A stretch of DNA of 64,000 bases from a bacterium (GTDB taxonomy: Bacteria > Patescibacteriota > Minisyncoccia > Phycocordibacterales > UBA918). How positions within the stretch are numbered: position 1 is the first letter of the stretch; each line of letters begins with the position of its first letter. The notes below the pieces were generated by a model, which was not told the origin of the DNA, searched no databases, and was given only the letters and a program-made list of their open reading frames with translations. The position numbers were made by a program, and so were the translations under genes. Of this stretch, positions 9,158-18,400 are shown piece after piece. The stretch is taken from positions 17,318 through 81,317 of the forward strand of contig JAYSUD010000006.1 in assembly GCA_043719295.1 (NCBI GenBank), given 5' to 3'.

Positions 9158-10378
9158 ATGCATCTCAAAAAATACTTTTTATTGTCACTATTGCTATCGA
9201 CTTGCTTTTTAAGCACTCAAGGACGCTTAGCAAATGCACAGATGCCAAGCACAACAAGTCAGCCTGAAATTAACTCACAGATCATTACAGAACTCTTGGC
9301 ACAGCTATATGATCTACAAGAACAATTGAAGAATCTGCTGAAATACGAAGATGGCAAACCTTTGAATACTGTTACAGAGATTATTGGACCTAAAACAGTC
9401 ACTGTTGGTGAATACACTACTTGGAAATTTGTTACAAAAGATAAAGATCCTGAAAATTCAAGTCCTGTAATGATAGATTGGGGCGACGGAATGACATCAG
9501 CCACTGGTTCAGGACATACCTATAGTGCACCTGGAACCTATACTATAGTTGCAACACATCATGACGGTAATGGTATGGCAGCTAGTCTTTCATTTAAAGT
9601 TAAGGTAACTCCTAACGTTAGTACGGGTTCTCTCACGGCTTGGGGGAATAAACTTGTAAGTAATAAATCTCTGATCCCAAAAAATCAATTTCGCTCGTAT
9701 TTTTTTGATACAAAAAGCTTTAAAGTTGTATCTGCATCAGAAGTTGTAGACCAGCCATTTTTCTTTTATCCTAATGATTCATTCAGTATCAGGATAAGTG
9801 ATCAATTTCAAGAACACACACTTGGTGCATATTGGGTAGGTTCATTCTCGTACCCTAAGGACACAACAGTATATCTTGATTTTTCTGACCCTCAGTGGGA
9901 TACCGTTCGATTTATAATTGACGGAAAAACAGTCATTGAAAGTAGCCGACGTGATACAAATTTAAAATCACACCCAATTAAACTTAAAAAAGGTATCCAC
10001 ATCATCGAAGTTGAGTACAAGGTAAACTGGCACGCTGGTTTTTTCAGAGCAAAAGTAGGTACTAATGATCCAAACTACGTAGACATAAAAACAGCACAAG
10101 TAGCAGCTCGTGCTATTGCAGGAAAGAGTGCCGTTATGGTATCTCTAAAGGAATACAGTTCTGGGAACACGCTCACAGGGATTACTCCAGTCTCTATTTC
10201 CAATACTGTTACATCGAAGATTCTTGATTTATCTTCATATGAGGCCACTCTATGGGATGTGCAAGGAGCTAATACTAAAGGTGTAAAGGCTATTATTCTC
10301 TCTTCGTTCGCTGGTGCAGCTGATGTAATCAATGCAGATACGATACCAATTTTCAGAACAAGAAATTATTCTGAGTAA
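9158..10378 (+). CDS. Secreted PKD-domain plus PA14-domain protein.
   Basis: The start is MHLKKYFLLSLLLSTCFLS, a signal peptide. The PKD-like segment is VMIDWGDGMTSATGSGHTYSAPGTYTIVATHHDGNG. The PA14-like segment is YWVGSF...IIDGKTVIES...GIHIIEVEYKVNWHAGFFRAKV. Confidence 0.65.
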   Translation: MHLKKYFLLSLLLSTCFLSTQGRLANAQMPSTTSQPEINSQIITELLAQLYDLQEQLKNLLKYEDGKPLNTVTEIIGPKTVTVGEYTTWKFVTKDKDPENSSPVMIDWGDGMTSATGSGHTYSAPGTYTIVATHHDGNGMAASLSFKVKVTPNVSTGSLTAWGNKLVSNKSLIPKNQFRSYFFDTKSFKVVSASEVVDQPFFFYPNDSFSIRISDQFQEHTLGAYWVGSFSYPKDTTVYLDFSDPQWDTVRFIIDGKTVIESSRRDTNLKSHPIKLKKGIHIIEVEYKVNWHAGFFRAKVGTNDPNYVDIKTAQVAARAIAGKSAVMVSLKEYSSGNTLTGITPVSISNTVTSKILDLSSYEATLWDVQGANTKGVKAIILSSFAGAADVINADTIPIFRTRNYSE

Positions 10379-10440
10379 TTATCTTTAAGTCTAAGTTCAG
10401 TAGATCTCAAATTTGAATAGTGCGTTCAGTAGATAAGAAA

Positions 10441-10466
10441 AAAGACCCTTTCGGGTCTTTTTTCTT
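10441..10466. terminator. Bidirectional rho-independent terminator, AAGACCC-tttc-GGGTCTT plus TTTTT.
   Basis: A hairpin with a T-run after the stop at 10378. An A-run on the opposite side serves the minus-strand rpsG. Confidence 0.75.
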
Positions 10467-10473
10467 TGGAATT

Positions 10474-10585
10474 TTAGAATTGGATGCAGGGCGAGGCGTG
10501 CAAAGAAATTTTTGTGAGCCGTACGAATAGTACGGTGAACAAAAATTTCTGTAGTACAACGAAGCGATGCGCCGATTCTGGAATT
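10474..10585. repeat. Family A structured repeat, copy 1. Its core hairpin is GAAATTTTTGT-gagc-CGTAC-gaata-GTACG-gtga-ACAAAAATTTC.
   Basis: About 100 bp, homologous to 11241-11345. It shares its core with 15843-, 18285- and 41708-. The ORF 10397..10660(-) is an artefact of this repeat. Confidence 0.7.
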
Positions 10586-10586
10586 T

Positions 10587-11060
10587 CTACCAAGCGAAGT
10601 GGGCGAAAGCTCGGTTAGCTTCAGCCATCTTGTGTGTATCTTCCTTCTTCTTGACCGCATTTCCTTCTTCTTTTGCTGCCATCATGATTTCTTTAGCAAG
10701 TGCCTTGAACATTGGAACTCCTTTTTGACCGCGTGCTGCAGTGATTATCCATCGGAGGGCCAACGCATGACGTCGTTCAGGTCGTACTTCTCGTGGTACT
10801 TGGTAGTTTGCTCCACCTACACGCCGCGAACGTACTTCCATCTGTGGACCTGCATTTTTAAGTGCTGTATCAAATACTACCAATGGGTCTCCCCCTCCCT
10901 CTTTTGCATTTTTGATTTCTTCAAATGCTGCGTATACAATTTTTCGAGCTGTTTCTTTTTGGCCTCGCATCATCACATAGTTGATGAGCTTTTCTACTTC
11001 CGTTGATGCAAACCTGATGTCAGGCTGCACAACGTTTCGATTTTTAATTGGTCGTCTCAC
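10587..11060 (-). CDS. rpsG: 30S ribosomal protein S7.
   Basis: [17 protein letters not shown]...[19 protein letters not shown]...[12 protein letters not shown], a full-length S7 match. Confidence 0.92.
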   Translation of the reverse strand: MRRPIKNRNVVQPDIRFASTEVEKLINYVMMRGQKETARKIVYAAFEEIKNAKEGGGDPLVVFDTALKNAGPQMEVRSRRVGGANYQVPREVRPERRHALALRWIITAARGQKGVPMFKALAKEIMMAAKEEGNAVKKKEDTHKMAEANRAFAHFAW

Positions 11061-11240
11061 AATATTGTTTCTTAATTTGAGTAATAATTAAGAATGAGAA
11101 ATATGGCATTCCACACTTTCATTCTTCGCATATTTTGATGCCGAAGGTTTCCCTTGCATCTCGTCCGTTATCTATAGCGAATATAGACTATTTATTTGTA
11201 ATCTGCTGGTTGGTATATCTAAAGCTCACAATTCTTTTTA

Positions 11241-11345
11241 AATTGGATGAGTTGCGCGAAGCACAAGGAAATTTTTGCGACACGTACGTTGTAGTACGTA
11301 GAGCAGAAATTTTCGTAGTGCGACAAAGCAAACCGCCAATTTTAG
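11241..11345. repeat. Family A structured repeat, copy 2, lying in the rpsL-rpsG intergenic region.
   Basis: AATTGGATG...GAAATTTTTGCGACACGTACGTTGTAGTACGTAGAGCAGAAATTTTC... aligns with 10474-10585. Confidence 0.7.
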
Positions 11346-11350
11346 AAGAA

Positions 11351-11764
11351 TTATTTCGCTTTAGGCATCTTTGCTCCGTACCGAGATCTCCCCCGTCGTC
11401 GCGCATCTACCCCTGTTGAGTCGTACTTTCCACGAACAATGGTGTATTGCACACCAATGTCTTTTACCTGTCCACCACGCACCAAGACCACAGAGTGCTC
11501 TTGTAGTGTGTGACCAATACCTGGGATGTATGCAGTAATTTCCTGACCGTTTGAAAGTCGAACACGCGCAATCTTTCGAATCGCTGAGTTCGGCTTACGT
11601 GGAGTCTTTGTAGTTACTCTCGTACATACCCCACGCTTGAATGGCGAGTTGTATTTGTTTGGCTTGTTTTCAATTGAGTTGAAACCAAGTTGTAGTGAAC
11701 CAGTCTTAGACTTGTTCGCTTTTGTACGTCGGGGTGTCTTTGTTAATTGATTTATTGTTACCAT
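11351..11764 (-). CDS. rpsL: 30S ribosomal protein S12.
   Basis: The start is [25 protein letters not shown]. The C-terminus is ...[41 protein letters not shown]. Confidence 0.92.
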   Translation of the reverse strand: MVTINQLTKTPRRTKANKSKTGSLQLGFNSIENKPNKYNSPFKRGVCTRVTTKTPRKPNSAIRKIARVRLSNGQEITAYIPGIGHTLQEHSVVLVRGGQVKDIGVQYTIVRGKYDSTGVDARRRGRSRYGAKMPKAK

Positions 11765-11900
11765 AAAGCCCGCATACTGTACTACAAAGCACGATTTCTG
11801 CAAGTCTCTCTACCTGTTTTTTAGTTCTTAATATTGAGTATTGTCACAATATACGCAAAAACACCCTAAACGGGTGTTTTTAGACACACTAATTACAAAA

Positions 11901-12962
11901 TTAGTTAGAAATCTGTATTTTGTTTGTTACAAAATTTGCTGCAGGTTTAAATTGAACCTGTTTTAAACCTACAGTACTTGGAGTTGCTGCCCAATTAAGT
12001 GCACCTAACTGTAACTGGTACATCCCCGCTACAGTTGGATCAAATACTGCGGTAAGTGTGAAGGATGCAGTCTCACCTTCGTTGATAACAAAGAAATTGC
12101 CACTTTTATCTGCAGTAGAATCTAAAGTAGCTGTTCTTGAACCAGGTCGTGATTCTTTCCCATCTCCTTGAGAAATACTGTATCCAACTCCCCAAACTGC
12201 GGAAGCCCCAGCAATACCGCCATCAATTGTAGTTTGCGGTACATATACGTCAGAATCATTTGCAGTAATCTCAAACTTTGCGGTAAACCGTCCAGCATCA
12301 TCTGTCGCGGTTGATGCGCTATTTGTTACCACAACTGCTTCGTTTCCTAGTGATTTAAAAACTGGTCCGGTAGTAGCAACTGGTACAGTTGTTGATCCTG
12401 TAGACTTAATTTGTGCTATCCGTGCTTTGATTTGTGCAGATTTAGCTTGCAACTCAACAATTTTAGCGTCAACTTCTTTTTGTGAAGCCATAAGACGTGC
12501 AAGTTCGTTACCTTTACAATCACTACTTTTTGAACCACTTAGTTCTGCACCTTTACTGACACTCTCTTTAGTAAGTTTTGAACTCATAAGTCGGCATTCA
12601 GGACGAAGTGGCTTCAGGTACCCATTTGCACTACTACTTGCTGACGTACTCTTCACTGAAGGAACTTCAATTTTTTGAGCACCACCAAGTATGCTTATTT
12701 GATTTCTTAAAGCAGCAATTTGTATCTGTAATTCTTGTGCTGTGGTGCCTGTAGTTACACCCTTAACTTCACCTTGTGGAGCAAGTTTAGAAAGCAACGA
12801 AGACACTATCATTGAAGCATTAGTAAGTTGGTTCTCCATTTTGGCTAGCCTCTGTATATCTGCAGCGTGTGCCGATACTACAGAAGAGGCAAAAATTGCA
12901 ATGCTCATCCCTACAGCAATAAATGCCTGCTTATTAATTAGATTTGTAAAAACTGTATTCAT
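11901..12962 (-). CDS. Secreted coiled-coil protein of 353 aa, function unknown.
   Basis: Signal peptide MNTVFTNLINKQAFIAVGMSIAIFASSVVSAHA. Heptad-like segments IQIAALRNQISILGG and AQIKARIAQIK. Confidence 0.6.
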   Translation of the reverse strand: MNTVFTNLINKQAFIAVGMSIAIFASSVVSAHAADIQRLAKMENQLTNASMIVSSLLSKLAPQGEVKGVTTGTTAQELQIQIAALRNQISILGGAQKIEVPSVKSTSASSSANGYLKPLRPECRLMSSKLTKESVSKGAELSGSKSSDCKGNELARLMASQKEVDAKIVELQAKSAQIKARIAQIKSTGSTTVPVATTGPVFKSLGNEAVVVTNSASTATDDAGRFTAKFEITANDSDVYVPQTTIDGGIAGASAVWGVGYSISQGDGKESRPGSRTATLDSTADKSGNFFVINEGETASFTLTAVFDPTVAGMYQLQLGALNWAATPSTVGLKQVQFKPAANFVTNKIQISN

Positions 12963-13000
12963 ATTTAATATATAAACTTTTTCTATTTGATAAAACTTTT

Positions 13001-13034
13001 AACAACAAAAAAGGGACGCCCTAACGGGCGCCCT
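13001..13034 (-). terminator. Terminator for the M50 protease gene, GGGCGCCC-gtta-GGGCGTCCC plus TTTTTTGTTGTT on the minus strand.
   Basis: A GC hairpin plus U-run downstream of the stop at 13121. Confidence 0.6.
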
Positions 13035-13120
13035 CCGTATGAATACAATATCGTACTTCAATGACTACACAATGTGCGTATGGTGGATAAGTAACAATCA
13101 TCTTTATGCACAAAGCTTTT

Positions 13121-13762
13121 CTACCCACTAATTCCCGTCAGGAGAGAAACAACGTTTGATACAAAACCGAAAAATGGAGTTGCAAATACTTGGAGGAAAA
13201 TAAAGATAAACGCGAACATTGCGAATATGCCGTATTGTTCAATCCACATTGTAAACTCTTTATATTTTTGTTGTAGCTTGTACGGCAGTACTGCCATTAA
13301 AATCTTTGATCCATCAAGTGGTGGGATAGGGAGCATGTTAAACAACGCAAGAAGGATATTGATATAGACAATATACCAAGCCATCTGTACAAACGAAGTA
13401 CCAAGGTTCAATACTTCTGCAGAACGGATAATGACAGAAAAGATTACTGCTAAAAATACATTCACTGCAGGTCCTGCAATTGCAACCAGAGCCTCTCCCC
13501 ATTTTTGATTTCGAAGATTGTACGGGTTGTACGGAACCGGTTTTGCCCACCCAAAGAGTATCCCCGCGTTACTAATGATCAAAAGTGCCGGCAAAATAAT
13601 AGATCCAAGGAGGTCGATGTGTACTAATGGATTTGGTGATAGGCGCCCTTGAAGTCGTGCAGTTGGGTCACCAAGTGCATTAGCGGCGTATCCATGTGCC
13701 ATTTCGTGAAGAATAATAGAAACAATCAAAGCAATAATCCCAAATATCTGTGTAATATCCAT
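13121..13762 (-). CDS. Site-2 protease family membrane metalloprotease (peptidase M50).
   Basis: MDITQIFGIIALIVSIILHEMAHGYAA carries HExxH inside a transmembrane helix. The protein has multiple transmembrane segments. Confidence 0.75.
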   Translation of the reverse strand: MDITQIFGIIALIVSIILHEMAHGYAANALGDPTARLQGRLSPNPLVHIDLLGSIILPALLIISNAGILFGWAKPVPYNPYNLRNQKWGEALVAIAGPAVNVFLAVIFSVIIRSAEVLNLGTSFVQMAWYIVYINILLALFNMLPIPPLDGSKILMAVLPYKLQQKYKEFTMWIEQYGIFAMFAFIFIFLQVFATPFFGFVSNVVSLLTGISG

Positions 13763-13937
13763 AATGGGTATCAGTATACACCATCTTAATATTCACCAAA
13801 TTCCTAGAGTATGTTCAAAAAGTTCAGAGACGACGCGAGCAAATGAAGAAATGTGAGACATATTCAATATATGGTGAATGTTTCTGAACGCAGCGCAACG
13901 ATGTATGTGGGATTTTTGCACATACTCTAAGAGGGGC

Positions 13938-13965
13938 TTGCAATATGGGGCATAAATGCTAGTAT
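13938..13965 (+). promoter_or_regulatory. Sigma-70-like promoter for rpmB, with -35 TTGCAA, a 16-bp spacer and -10 TAGTAT.
   Basis: The hexamers lie about 25-50 bp upstream of ATG 13988. Confidence 0.45.
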
Positions 13966-13987
13966 AGCGGGACTCAAAAACAACTAT

Positions 13988-14230
13988 ATGGCAAAAGTAT
14001 GTGAAATTACGGGCAAGAAGACCCAAATCGGTGGAAAATACAGTAACCGCGTTCGTGCGACACAGTTTAATCCGTGCGGAAAAGTAAAGCGACAAGTAAA
14101 CCTCCACAAGAAACGAATCTATGTTGCAGAGCTCGATACAACCGTTACTATCAAAGTTTCAACAAAAGGACTTCGAACAATTGCAAAGAACGGAGCATAC
14201 GCAACACTCAAAAAAGCTGCCCTTATCTAA
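13988..14230 (+). CDS. rpmB: 50S ribosomal protein L28.
   Basis: MAKVCEITGKKTQIGGKYSNRVRATQFNPCGKVKRQVNLHKKRIYV... Confidence 0.85.
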   Translation: MAKVCEITGKKTQIGGKYSNRVRATQFNPCGKVKRQVNLHKKRIYVAELDTTVTIKVSTKGLRTIAKNGAYATLKKAALI

Positions 14231-14339
14231 ACTAGAAGACAAAAATCGGAGCTACATGCTCCGGTTTTTTGTATGTGTTGAATCGTCAAAATAGAGTATA
14301 GTTCAAAAGTGATTAATAAATGCACATATTTTGAGCAAA

Positions 14340-15221
14340 TCATTTCTGCCAAACAGTTTCTCCATCTGACAGCATCGTAATAGTTCCCTCTTTTGCAGTT
14401 TCTAGTATTTGAACTCGCTTATTAAAAAGTAAATCAGTTACTTCTATATGTGGGTGACCATACGAATTATCTTTGCCTGCTGAAACAATGGCAAACTTGG
14501 GTTGCACTTCATCGAGATAGAGTTCCGAAGTTGAGGTTCGTGAACCATGGTGGCCAAGTTTGAGTACGTCACTTTTTAGACTTTCTCCTTCTGTAAGGAC
14601 TAAATATTCCTCAATACTTTTTGGCGAATCTCCCGTAAACATGAACGTACTACTTCCATAAAGTAGCTGAAATACAATAGATGAAGTGTTGCTTTCCATG
14701 TTGGTTGGGTCTGAATCTGGAAAAAGTATTTGTAGTGTTGTAGAGGCATCAAGATGGAGTGTTTGTCCGCGTCGAGCAATAAGAATCTCTGCCCCTTCTC
14801 TAGTTTTAAGTTTGGTATACGATTCTGAAGTCGCTGTATCTCCTTTATTTTCAGTGGTGAGAATTTTTAAAACTTTATACCGCTTAAGCACATCAATCAA
14901 TCCTCCAATATGGTCTTTATCAGGATGTGTACCGACGACAATATCGATGGTTCTGTCAAAAAAATTCATTTCCGAACTGAGCCTTCGCAATACCGTTGCG
15001 TCCTTTCCTCCATCAACAAGCACCTGTACCCCAGAAGGCGTTTCAATTAACGCTGCATCACCCTGTCCCACATCAAGAAAATGAACTTGGAGATACGGAC
15101 TTGTTTTTGATTCAAGAAGTGGAAAAGTAGCATGGCTATAGGGTAAAAACCATACCATAGAGGCACAGGCAAGGAGTACCAAAATAACCATGAGCCGCAT
15201 GCGTACAATACTGTCCTTCAT
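14340..15221 (-). CDS. MBL-fold metallo-hydrolase matching the C-terminal beta-lactamase-like domain of ComEC/Rec2, encoded here as a separate gene.
   Basis: HFLDVGQGDAALIETPSGVQVLVDGG...VVGTHPDKDHIGGL...LKLGHHGSRTS. It also has an N-terminal transmembrane helix. Confidence 0.75.
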   Translation of the reverse strand: MKDSIVRMRLMVILVLLACASMVWFLPYSHATFPLLESKTSPYLQVHFLDVGQGDAALIETPSGVQVLVDGGKDATVLRRLSSEMNFFDRTIDIVVGTHPDKDHIGGLIDVLKRYKVLKILTTENKGDTATSESYTKLKTREGAEILIARRGQTLHLDASTTLQILFPDSDPTNMESNTSSIVFQLLYGSSTFMFTGDSPKSIEEYLVLTEGESLKSDVLKLGHHGSRTSTSELYLDEVQPKFAIVSAGKDNSYGHPHIEVTDLLFNKRVQILETAKEGTITMLSDGETVWQK

Positions 15222-15270
15222 ATGCTACTAATGATACACTCTATTTATTATTACAAACTAACATTGCTGT

Positions 15271-15843
15271 ATGTACGAACTAAAAAAATTTGAAATTGGA
15301 ACACTTGACGGAATTTCAGAACAAACAATACAAGAACACCTTGGGTTATACGCCGGGTATGTAAAACATGTCAATTTGATCCAAGAAAAAATTGTAGAGA
15401 TGAAAGAAGATAGTGAAAAAAATGCATACGCACTTGCTGAAGTGCAACGACGACTCGGATTTGAATTTGGGGGGATGAAAAATCATGAAGCCTATTTTGC
15501 TCAATTTGAAGGTGGTGCACATGCGATACCTCAAGGGAAACTTAGTGACATGATTGCTACACAATGGGGTTCATACGAATTGTTTTTAGCACAATGTAAA
15601 GCAACCGCCCTTACACGAGGCATCGGGTGGGTAATGCTCTACAGTGACTCACAATCTAATCAACTTGTCCTGACGTGGGTTGATGAGCAACACATTGGAC
15701 AACTGCCTGATGTAAAAATTGTGCTTGCACTTGATATGTGGGAACACTCATACATGCTTGATTATGCACCAAGTAAAAAGAAGGAATACATTGAAGCTTT
15801 TTTCAAAAACTTGAATTGGGAAGTAGTTGCAAGTCGAGTATAA
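15271..15843 (+). CDS. Fe/Mn superoxide dismutase family protein.
   Basis: C-terminal DMWEHSYMLDYAPSKKKEYIEAFFKNLNWEVV resembles the SOD motif DVWEHAYY...NWD. The N-terminus is SOD-like. Confidence 0.7.
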   Translation: MYELKKFEIGTLDGISEQTIQEHLGLYAGYVKHVNLIQEKIVEMKEDSEKNAYALAEVQRRLGFEFGGMKNHEAYFAQFEGGAHAIPQGKLSDMIATQWGSYELFLAQCKATALTRGIGWVMLYSDSQSNQLVLTWVDEQHIGQLPDVKIVLALDMWEHSYMLDYAPSKKKEYIEAFFKNLNWEVVASRV

Positions 15844-15975
15844 ATTGGAACCTGCAAAAACGGCACACTTCTTCGTTGTGCTGCACAAAATACTCCTCAC
15901 CGTACTATGCGTACGACTCGTCTTATTTTGCTTGCACGTCTCGAATTGCACTCGTTTTTTTCAGGTCCTATCGAA
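15843..15975. repeat. Family A structured repeat, long copy 3. Its core is CACAAAATACTCCTCACCGTACTATGCGTACGACTCGTCTTATTTTG.
   Basis: About 87% identical over roughly 110 bp to 18285-18400. The ORFs 15748..15951(-) and 18177..18377(-) translate alike (MQFET.K.N.TSRT.STVRSILCSTTKKCA) and are artefacts of this repeat. Confidence 0.75.
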
Positions 15976-15991
15976 ATTTGCAGATGGACAC

Positions 15992-16025
15992 AAAAAAAAT
16001 GGCTCCGCTGGAGCCATTTTTTTGT
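15992..16025. terminator. Bidirectional terminator, AAAAAAATGGCTCC-gct-GGAGCCATTTTTTT.
   Basis: A perfect stem with A and T runs, lying between sod(+) and the 16037..16627(-) gene. Confidence 0.8.
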
Positions 16026-16036
16026 TGGAAACTATT

Positions 16037-16627
16037 TTATACAACTGCTGTTGGGGCACTTGCTTCTGCTTGAAGTTCCTTGTAAATCTTAATTGATGCA
16101 AACCAAGTAACAATAAGCATTACTACTGCTCCAATAATAAAGAAGAGTAACCCAAGGAGCACGAGAAGCCCTGACACGAGCGTGAAGAAAAATAACTTCC
16201 ATTTATACCCATTTGTAAGTGCACTACTTGCCTTTAATGCTTCAAGTGGTCGCATTCCTTTGTCTATCACGTAGAACTCTGCAAACATCCAACGAATACA
16301 CAGGTAGATTCCAGGGACAATGAAACAAAGGGTACCTAAAATTATAAAGAGTGCTTTGATGACACTTAAAAAAGCGAAGTATACCCACCGTTGATCAATG
16401 GTAAATATATCGTCAAAAATAAGTGTCCCGCCGTTATAGTGCTTGAAAAGGAGTGCAAAATAACCTCCAAATACAATATACGAAAGTGCAGTTACTAACG
16501 CCCCACTACCACTTGCAGCTGCAAATAGTCCGAAGGTTGCTAATGTCAGTCCAAGCAAATACCACGGACGTTTCATGAATAATGTCCATCCAGCCCCAAT
16601 TGATTCAAATATTTTAATGTTTTTCAT
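16037..16627 (-). CDS. Polytopic membrane protein (DUF975-like), function unknown.
   Basis: It has 5-6 predicted transmembrane helices and no catalytic motif. Confidence 0.55.
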   Translation of the reverse strand: MKNIKIFESIGAGWTLFMKRPWYLLGLTLATFGLFAAASGSGALVTALSYIVFGGYFALLFKHYNGGTLIFDDIFTIDQRWVYFAFLSVIKALFIILGTLCFIVPGIYLCIRWMFAEFYVIDKGMRPLEALKASSALTNGYKWKLFFFTLVSGLLVLLGLLFFIIGAVVMLIVTWFASIKIYKELQAEASAPTAVV

Positions 16628-16669
16628 TACCTGTAAGTATATGATGTGTTACGCTCTTCGTACATATCC

Positions 16670-18292
16670 TCACCTGAAGAAAATTGGGGTATCATTAAAA
16701 GTCGATTTCAATGTAACGGGAACAAGCGTTTGTTCTTCAACGACAGTCCAGTCATGACTTTTTGAAATTAGCGGACGGCCTGGTCTCGAGGCTTTTACAT
16801 ACAATCTCCACAGAATGAGTGCATACAGGAAATACACAATGACAACGACGTAAAATGGAAATGCCGGAACAACGTAGCTTGCAAACGGAAGTTTTGCAAA
16901 GACCTCTGCTATTAAAATGATGTATGCCAAAGACATGTATGCCATATATCCAACTAACGAAGAGAGTGTGGTGCTTATAAAGCCAACCATCCCAGTAATA
17001 AAGATAAGCACCATTGCAACGGGAACCATTGGTAATACTAAGAGATTAACAAATACAGCAACCACTGAAAGTTGCCCCATTTGATACAAAAGGATTGGGG
17101 TAATAAAAATCTGCGTTGCTAACGTTGCAGTGAGAAACTCTCGTAACTTAAACCATGTGGGCATAAACCTAACATAGAAGGCAAGATGTGGTGACACGAG
17201 AATGAGACCTAGGGTTGCAATAAACGAAAACTGAAATCCAACATCGTACACCAGAAGGTACGGATTCAAAATGAGCATGAAAAAACCGGTAAGCACTAAT
17301 GCTCGTAAAACAACATACGTTCTTTCAGTCGCCTGAGAAAGCAATAGTAACAATGCCATCGCACTTGCTCGCATAACTGTTGGAGAAAGTCCAACCAGTA
17401 TCGCAAACAACAAAATTGAAAGTGCCCCACATACCAAACGTAACCGCATAGGTAAAAATAAAGCAAGTAGATACATTACAAACAAAACTACTAACATGAT
17501 GTTGTACCCTGAGAGCACCACAATGTGAATAATGCCAGTTGTTCTAAATGATGCTTCAATATCTTTTCCGAGTGCTTGTTTTACTCCAAGAAGCAGTCCT
17601 TCTCCAAGTCCTGCGTACGGTTCTGGTAACACCGCCTCAATATTACGCATGAACAAATGTTTAAATTCAAGAATATTTTTTAAAATAACACTCGCCTGAT
17701 TTTGTTCTATCACCGTAACTTTTGCAAAAGAAACTACGTAGTGTACGCCGCGCGCATTAAGATACCCTTGGTAGTTAAAGGTTCTTCCAATATCAGTTTC
17801 AAATGAAGTGGGCTTTGCGAGCTTCCCTGTAAAAGAAACTTTGTCTCCGTATGAAACGTCAACGTATCTATCGGTTGTCACCAAAAGAAGTTCGTTATTT
17901 ACTTTCACATAGAGATGCTGGGAAGAGGCTCGAATATCGGGTTCACGAACAATGATTCCCTCTTCTGACAGAACTGTATCGAGCTGTGATTGATAGTGCG
18001 GATTTTCTTCAAAGTGTACTTCTCTATCCATTCGAAGAAGCCCTAAAGAGAAGGAGCAAAGGCACAGTGATAAAAGTAAGAGCAGTGAAGCGGCACGTGT
18101 ATTTTTTTTCTTTAAAGACACCAAACAAAGTGCGAGACCTATACAAAAAATCCACAGTATCCAAGGTAGACCGATACTAAAAAATGAGCGTATGAAAATC
18201 CCTAGAGTAAAACCAACAATGACCCCGTAGATAGGCACTGTCTGCATCAATACAAGTGTAACAGAAATAATTAGGACTTTTGGAAATGGCAC
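16670..18292 (-). CDS. comEC: ComEC/Rec2 DNA-uptake channel protein, carrying the DUF4131-like and competence domains but no MBL domain.
   Basis: ...LLLGVKQALGKDIEASFRTTGIIHIVVLSGYNIMLV... is the competence-domain signature. The protein has many transmembrane helices. The track start is GTG 18292. Confidence 0.75.
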   Translation of the reverse strand: MPFPKVLIISVTLVLMQTVPIYGVIVGFTLGIFIRSFFSIGLPWILWIFCIGLALCLVSLKKKNTRAASLLLLLSLCLCSFSLGLLRMDREVHFEENPHYQSQLDTVLSEEGIIVREPDIRASSQHLYVKVNNELLLVTTDRYVDVSYGDKVSFTGKLAKPTSFETDIGRTFNYQGYLNARGVHYVVSFAKVTVIEQNQASVILKNILEFKHLFMRNIEAVLPEPYAGLGEGLLLGVKQALGKDIEASFRTTGIIHIVVLSGYNIMLVVLFVMYLLALFLPMRLRLVCGALSILLFAILVGLSPTVMRASAMALLLLLSQATERTYVVLRALVLTGFFMLILNPYLLVYDVGFQFSFIATLGLILVSPHLAFYVRFMPTWFKLREFLTATLATQIFITPILLYQMGQLSVVAVFVNLLVLPMVPVAMVLIFITGMVGFISTTLSSLVGYMAYMSLAYIILIAEVFAKLPFASYVVPAFPFYVVVIVYFLYALILWRLYVKASRPGRPLISKSHDWTVVEEQTLVPVTLKSTFNDTPIFFR

Positions 18293-18400
18293 ACTTCTTT
18301 GTTGTACTGCATAAAATGCTCCTCACCGTACTACGCGTACGACTCGTCGCATTATATTTGTACGTCTCGAATTGCACTCATTTCCAAAAGTCCTAATAAA
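18285..18400. repeat. Family A structured repeat, long copy 4. It is a direct repeat of 15843-15975, and the two copies flank the comEC plus membrane-protein segment.
   Basis: GGCACACTTCTTTGTTGTACTGCATAAAATGCTCCTCACCGTACTACGCGTACGACTCGTC...TTGCACTC. A terminator-like hairpin follows at 18402-18432 (GGCCCCGA-acgtaatg-TCGGGGCC). Confidence 0.75.

Noticed and set aside
15748-15951. ORFs 15748..15951(-) and 18177..18377(-), which have near-identical translations.
   Set aside because: Both are translations of the Family A repeat copies. They have no start or RBS context and overlap real genes or terminators.
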